From the NCBI GenBank assembly GCA_963789265.1, contig CAWBKB010000007.1:256001-320000 (forward strand): a stretch of 64,000 nucleotides of DNA, written 5' to 3'. Position numbers and translations under genes: made by a program. Under the pieces are notes generated by a model. It ran no database searches, had not been told where the DNA came from, and worked only from the letters and a program-made list of their open reading frames with translations. Positions 59,242-64,000 of this stretch are shown one piece after another (position 1 is the first letter of the stretch; every line of letters starts with the position of its first letter). This DNA comes from an uncultured delta proteobacterium (lineage in GTDB: Bacteria > Desulfobacterota > Desulfomonilia > Desulfomonilales > Desulfomonilaceae).

Positions 59242-60096
59242 TTAAAATCCGAAAAGACTTCTGGCGTTTCCATCGAAGACGGCTTCTTGCTCTGCTTGAT
59301 CGTAACCAGCCTTCACTAGGAGATTCTCGATTTTTGAGAATTCGGTACCATGAACGAACCAGGGCCAGTCAGTCCCGAAGAGAATGTGTGAAGAGCCGTG
59401 AATTCGCAATAGCTCGACAAACTGCTCCTCTTTAAGCGTGTGAGCGGCGTTTGAGGTGTCCAGATATAGATTCGAATCGGGAGGCAAATTTTTGCGAATT
59501 TCATCAAAATCAGCAAGCAGCCCTCCCATGTGAGCACCGATAAAATTAATGCCCTGATGCCGATTAATCAATTGTGAGAGTTTGAACGGCGTAGTGAGAA
59601 AATTGGGGTTTGCGTCAAGATAAGTGTCCGCCCGAGCAAATGTGTCAAAGACCGCTACCGGCCGTATGTTTCGAGTTTGGGCTAATCGCCCCACTTCGGT
59701 CAACATGACTTCGACTTCCGGCGAGGACAAGTCGAATTTTTGGGAAAAGCTGGAAAACTTGAACCCGGTGATCCCCAGGTCAAAGATGCGTGAGATTTCA
59801 TGGGAAAGACCTTTCATCATCGGATGTAGAGTGGCAAGCGTCCGAAGCCGAGGCAACACTCTCGTGAATCCGATGAATCGGTCATTCTCGCGACGTATTC
59901 GGTCCGGTCCGGTAGAGGGAAGCAACAGACAGACTTCAAACCCATTTTCTTCCGCCGATTGCTCCAAGGCAACGGGTTCAAGTCGCTTCAACGCATCCCA
60001 CACATTCAGGTGTAATTGTTCCACTAGAGGCGGCCTGGCCTTCATATTGTCCACAATCCGGGTTGTGAAGATATGGCAGTGTGAATCAATCGGCAT
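59242..60096 (-). CDS. Amidohydrolase family protein (Amidohydro_2)
   Basis: IDSHCH, GAHMGG, YLDTS, LFGTDWP, GNARSL. Confidence 0.85.
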   Translation of the reverse strand: MPIDSHCHIFTTRIVDNMKARPPLVEQLHLNVWDALKRLEPVALEQSAEENGFEVCLLLPSTGPDRIRRENDRFIGFTRVLPRLRTLATLHPMMKGLSHEISRIFDLGITGFKFSSFSQKFDLSSPEVEVMLTEVGRLAQTRNIRPVAVFDTFARADTYLDANPNFLTTPFKLSQLINRHQGINFIGAHMGGLLADFDEIRKNLPPDSNLYLDTSNAAHTLKEEQFVELLRIHGSSHILFGTDWPWFVHGTEFSKIENLLVKAGYDQAEQEAVFDGNARSLFGF

Positions 60097-60197
60097 CGAG
60101 GTGGTTCCATTCTGGTTGCTCGATCAAGATACCGGCAGGCCAACACAGTACCATAAGCGACCTGCCTCCGGATATGTACCACTCGTCGAACTAGCTT

Positions 60198-60399
60198 ATT
60201 CCGGGGACACCATACTTAATTTATTGCCCGTCTCCGGAAGATGGGCGCATGCGCCGATGCCATGAGCGGTCCGCGGGTGAGCCTTGAGGGATTGCGACGC
60301 TGGCCGAACATTAGGGAGAGCGTCCGGTGTGATACACCGAAAATGAATGCCTGACCCTAAGCCGCAAAGCGAAAAAATTAAGTATGGTGTCCCCAGAAT
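60198..60399. mobile_element. MITE-like element with 20-bp perfect terminal inverted repeats
   Basis: GGGGACACCATACTTAATTT (60203..60222) and AAATTAAGTATGGTGTCCCC (60375..60394). Confidence 0.65.
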
Positions 60400-60439
60400 T
60401 CGATGGAAGGACCTTTGAGAAGCAGTGTCTCAGCAGCCT

Positions 60440-61561
60440 TCAGGGCAAGTTTTTGGTACTTTTCAAGATGCTTTCTATTGCAGCGAAGACCCGTTTATAG
60501 GTTTCACAGTACGGATCCTTATGATGGGGGCTTTCTTGAGCACTCATTGCTCTAACAGGGCAACCACCCGCACATAGAGCAAAATATTCACAGTTCAAGC
60601 AGTCCGCGTCTCTGACAAGGTTGGATATCCTACCGGCCAACTCCAGCCGGTTCGATGACCGAAAGATCTCATCCAGGCCCTCGCAGTCCAACACGTTCCC
60701 AAAATTCTTCTCAGGATACGAACTGACCCAGCAATCGCATTGCCCGACATCGCCGCTCGGATCTATGCAGAAGAAACCATTCACGCAATTGGAACTGAAA
60801 AAACAGGGTACACGCGAACCAAACCCTGTGCTCATTCGTTCGATGATCGACCTAAATGGGGCGATGTTTACACCGGAATCGCGCGACAGGCAGACATCCA
60901 ACAGTCCGACAAGAAAGTCGCCCAATTGATCAGCGTCTAGCAGCAAATCGCCTAGAAAACAGGCGGCAGGCCCTCCAGGGAAAGGTGTATTTACCTGAAA
61001 ATGTGTCAGTCCCACCTCCTCCATGAAATACCGGTAGAATTCCGAAGGGGGCCTGGCTAGGCTTTCGCGGTTGGGAACCGTGATGACCGATACCTCGATA
61101 CCTTTGGACGACGCCTGCTCGTAATTCCTTTTCCAGAGTTCGTTATATCGATTGCCGCTGAGATCTCGGTACCGCCTGTATACGTTGGGGTAGTCCAAGG
61201 AAGACCCGACAAAGCCCCCGAAGAGCTGAAAAATGACCTCATGCCACTGTGAAGTATAATTCATCAGATTGGTCTGCAGGTAGTGAACCACATCAAGGTC
61301 GTGTTCCGCCATGACGCGGCTTATCAGTTCACCGGCTCGTACACACCACCCTGGCGATAGAACCGTGACTTCTCCTCCCTGCCAATAGACTTCGACGTTT
61401 TTCACCCCGCATCCTGCAAGGTACGTGGAGATGCGAGTGAAAATTAGAGATAGATCTTCCAGCGACATCCTGCCGGGTCTTTTGGTTTCGAAACAATATG
61501 AGCACTGGGCATTACACTCGTAGGTGGGGAGAAATATGATAGAAACTTGAGGCCCGAACAT
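60440..61561 (-). CDS. Radical SAM/SPASM maturase
   Basis: CNAQCSYC, WQGGE, LQTN, SPASM CFFSSNC...C...CLNCEYFALCAGGCP...YC. Confidence 0.9.
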   Translation of the reverse strand: MFGPQVSIIFLPTYECNAQCSYCFETKRPGRMSLEDLSLIFTRISTYLAGCGVKNVEVYWQGGEVTVLSPGWCVRAGELISRVMAEHDLDVVHYLQTNLMNYTSQWHEVIFQLFGGFVGSSLDYPNVYRRYRDLSGNRYNELWKRNYEQASSKGIEVSVITVPNRESLARPPSEFYRYFMEEVGLTHFQVNTPFPGGPAACFLGDLLLDADQLGDFLVGLLDVCLSRDSGVNIAPFRSIIERMSTGFGSRVPCFFSSNCVNGFFCIDPSGDVGQCDCWVSSYPEKNFGNVLDCEGLDEIFRSSNRLELAGRISNLVRDADCLNCEYFALCAGGCPVRAMSAQESPHHKDPYCETYKRVFAAIESILKSTKNLP

Positions 61562-61564
61562 GGC

Positions 61565-62437
61565 TCAATTATTGTCCTCTTGGGCCCTGCTCAAATCGTT
61601 GGCAAGATTTGCTGCTTCCTCTTTTATTATTTTGAATACATCCAAAAATGGAGAGCATCGAAAACTGCTATCAACGAAACGGAGGTAACCGCCGCAAAGG
61701 TCGAAACTCTCGCACCAGGAACAGGAGGACTCTCCAAGATAGAGGGCTTTTCTCGGATTCTGCAAGAATTCATAGAGTGGCGATTCCACATCCAAGGTAA
61801 GCCTTCCGTCAAATCTGCCAAAAAACTGTTTCGCAAGAGCGAACCTGCCCGAAGCGGAGACATTTCCATTCTCATCAATGTAGAGTATTCGCTCTGGGCT
61901 CTCCGGGTATATATTCACCAGAGGTGAATCGGCCCCCTGAACCCTGGAGACGAGCATTGAATGAAAGAATTCAACAGGAACCTGCAGGTACTTTGAGTGG
62001 AGATAGTAGTCCAGAACAGAGATTAAATCCGCGCAGTCGATTGGCCCATCGAGTCCCAATACGACTGGGACACCGGCAGAAGTGACCATCCTGACTGCGC
62101 CAAACAGGCCCTTGGACGCATCGATCATGACGCCCAAATCAAAGTGTTCTCCCATCCACGTGTGTGTGTAAATCTCCGAGGCGTTCGAAGCGGGTAGCTT
62201 CCAAAGAAGGGGCAGTCCTACGGGCAAGGAACCCAAAGGTGAGACATCCAAACCACCGCCGTGCAACTCCACGCCACACACCCGGTCTCCGAGGGCTTCG
62301 CAGGCGTTTACAAGATCTTCCACATTACTGGATCGAATTACCACCGACTGAAAATCGGCAATACCGGCGAAGTTCGCAGCTAAATTGACCAAGATGCCAT
62401 CATTCACAGTGTAGCAGGCCCATAGCTCGTCTTGCAA
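61565..62437 (-). CDS. Hypothetical protein with a C-terminal half-SPASM Cys motif
   Basis: LYIDENGNVS...CSWCESFDLCGGY...C; no CxxxCxxC; lies between the repeat-protein gene and the rSAM gene. Confidence 0.65.
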   Translation of the reverse strand: MQDELWACYTVNDGILVNLAANFAGIADFQSVVIRSSNVEDLVNACEALGDRVCGVELHGGGLDVSPLGSLPVGLPLLWKLPASNASEIYTHTWMGEHFDLGVMIDASKGLFGAVRMVTSAGVPVVLGLDGPIDCADLISVLDYYLHSKYLQVPVEFFHSMLVSRVQGADSPLVNIYPESPERILYIDENGNVSASGRFALAKQFFGRFDGRLTLDVESPLYEFLQNPRKALYLGESSCSWCESFDLCGGYLRFVDSSFRCSPFLDVFKIIKEEAANLANDLSRAQEDNN

Positions 62438-62446
62438 GCGTGGAAG

Positions 62447-63061
62447 TTAGTTGCCATCCGGAACACCCCCGTTGCCCCAGACCCGACAGTTTCCGCCATT
62501 GCCCCAAACCCTACAGATTCCCCCGTTGCCCCAGACTCGACAAGTGGTGTTGCCCCAGCCTGCTCCCCTATTGGCCCAAGCCCCACCGGCATTGCCCCAC
62601 CCACCACCGGTGTTGCCCCAAGCACGACCGGAATTCGTCCACGCTCGCCCGGAGTTGCTCCATGCGTGGTGATGCTCTCTATGTCTTTCGTGCTCGTGAT
62701 GTTCTTTCTTCGTCTCGTGTTTCTTCCCAGGTTTGTGGTCCTTCTTGTGCTCTTTTTTATGTTCGTGTCCCTTCTTTTGTTCCGCTTTGTGCTGCTTCTT
62801 CGGGTGACCGCCTTTATGCTCGCCGCCTTTCTTGGCCAGGAATTGGGGTGCATCCGCTCCGGTCCCAAGTTCTTGACCTGTCGTTCCGGACCGACTGCCG
62901 AGATCTTCGGGGTTTCGAAGGGCTCCCAAAACCTCGAGCGGTCCCACCGAGACTGCACCGATTACCACGCAGGACCATTTCCCCAAGGCCCTCAGAAACT
63001 CCCGCCTGTGCAGGCTGGACTCATAATCTTCGTCCCTCGGCCGGTCCAATTGATCGCTCAT
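62447..63061 (-). CDS. Putative rSAM-modified precursor with nine W-X-N repeats (204 aa)
   Basis: GGGGGA RBS; RREFL plus a hydrophobic stretch; His/Lys/Glu-rich linker; AWSNSGR AWTNSGR AWGNTGG GWGNAGG AWANRGA GWGNTTCR VWGNGGICR VWGNGGNCR VWGNGG. Confidence 0.8.
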   Translation of the reverse strand: MSDQLDRPRDEDYESSLHRREFLRALGKWSCVVIGAVSVGPLEVLGALRNPEDLGSRSGTTGQELGTGADAPQFLAKKGGEHKGGHPKKQHKAEQKKGHEHKKEHKKDHKPGKKHETKKEHHEHERHREHHHAWSNSGRAWTNSGRAWGNTGGGWGNAGGAWANRGAGWGNTTCRVWGNGGICRVWGNGGNCRVWGNGGVPDGN

Positions 63062-63297
63062 GTTATCCCCCAAAAACGAAGTCACGAGTATCACCCGAAA
63101 TAACCGATACTCACTCATCTTTAAAATCGCGGTCCATCACAGTTGAAGTTGGCATGAATCGAATTTGGAATGCAAGAAAAAAGGATATTCACCAACGAAA
63201 ATTCCAAGAATTTTTAACAACGTGAATTTGGTTTCGTCCAAACGAATAACCGGGCTGGTTGAAATAATATACCAAAATTACGGAGGGAGGACCGGAT

Positions 63298-64000
63298 ATG
63301 AAAGGGCTACCAGCCTATTTTCTTATCATAGCAACAGTTCTTGCTGTTTGTGGCGGAGCCACATGGGCGGCCGGCAAACGAGGGGGCGGAGGACATCATG
63401 CCGGTGGCCGAAAAGCTGTTCGTCATGCCATGCGCCATATACAGAAGCCTAAAGCGGTACTCCGGCAACATCCCCACCGCCGCGCCCTTCGCGTTGCACA
63501 GCATCGGAAAGAAATGGCGCATCACCCTCGCGTTAAGCCTCGAATTGCAAGAGAAGTTCACATGCACCCGAAGGGGATTAACCAGGGCGGACCCGTCCGC
63601 GGATTGCACAGTCCTCACAACACCGTGAAGCCTACCAAACCGGCGAGACTGGCTAGCGTGGCTAAGAATGTTCGAACCCAGTTCACCGCACGCCACAGAC
63701 ACGTATTCACTCCACGTTGGTGGCAAAATCGCTCTATCACCAACGTAACCAATGTCAGGTGGTTTTCTCATTGGTGGGCACATCCCGGTCCTTATTACTG
63801 GTGGAGACGATGCAGTTGGGTCGCGCTAACGGGATGGTTGCCGGGCGTGGTCTGGTCGGCACCGACCATCTACGATTACGGAAGCAACATCTATTATCAA
63901 GATGATGGTGTGTATATTAACAGCATATGGCAGTATTCAGCGGATCAGTACTATCAGCAGGCCCGGACCATCGCTTTGAATGTACCGCAAGGCGTCTCGG
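63298..64000 (+). CDS. Exported Arg/His-rich then Trp/Tyr-rich protein (partial, runs off the window end)
   Basis: Absent from the ORF track because there is no stop. RBS GGAGG; MKGLPAYFLIIATVLAVCGGATWA...HWWAHPGPYYWWRRCSW...YDYGSNIYYQDDGVYIN...ADQYYQQA. Confidence 0.7.
   Translation, partial: MKGLPAYFLIIATVLAVCGGATWAAGKRGGGGHHAGGRKAVRHAMRHIQKPKAVLRQHPHRRALRVAQHRKEMAHHPRVKPRIAREVHMHPKGINQGGPVRGLHSPHNTVKPTKPARLASVAKNVRTQFTARHRHVFTPRWWQNRSITNVTNVRWFSHWWAHPGPYYWWRRCSWVALTGWLPGVVWSAPTIYDYGSNIYYQDDGVYINSIWQYSADQYYQQARTIALNVPQGVS

Noticed and set aside
62450..62665. 21-27 nt tandem repeats as a CRISPR array
   Set aside because: No unique spacers, lengths are multiples of three and coding, and no cas genes are present.
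62432..63225. Plus-strand Pro-rich or Cys/Pro-repeat ORFs (62432..63103, 62440..63225, 62451..62672)
   Set aside because: Antisense shadows of the WxN repeats; the minus frame has the RBS, the leader and the operon context.

Overview
A 64-kb bacterial window with moderately high GC. Gene content and a short N-terminal domain at 47.6-47.8 kb suggest a Desulfomonile-like anaerobic deltaproteobacterium (inference). In order it contains: (1) surface-polysaccharide genes (gmhA, capD-like, wzc) that bracket a complete lasso-peptide cluster (RRE, B2 peptidase, cyclase, precursor with predicted core HTGQGGQNEQGLGNHS, HPr-like kinase, B12-radical SAM enzyme, nucleotidyltransferase); (2) a beta-carbonic anhydrase and an atypical chemosensory operon with two catalytically degenerate CheB proteins, no CheR, ParA, DUF4388 domains, a CheA with a helix-hairpin-helix insert and a very long receptor; (3) glycan and ion-transport genes; (4) about 18 kb of acyl-CoA/lipid catabolism, including two multi-domain fusions that share a near-identical 646-bp SDR segment; (5) an IS66 element inside a second pair of inverted repeats; (6) a three-gene radical SAM/SPASM cassette whose upstream gene has a twin-arginine-like leader, a His/Lys/Glu-rich linker and nine Trp-X-Asn repeats, a candidate multi-cyclophane RiPP. 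The two RiPP systems are the most promising novelties. Several REP-like palindrome families are present, one of them inside the lasso cyclase reading frame. Four +1 homopolymer frameshifts look like sequencing errors. I saw no rRNA, tRNA or CRISPR array.
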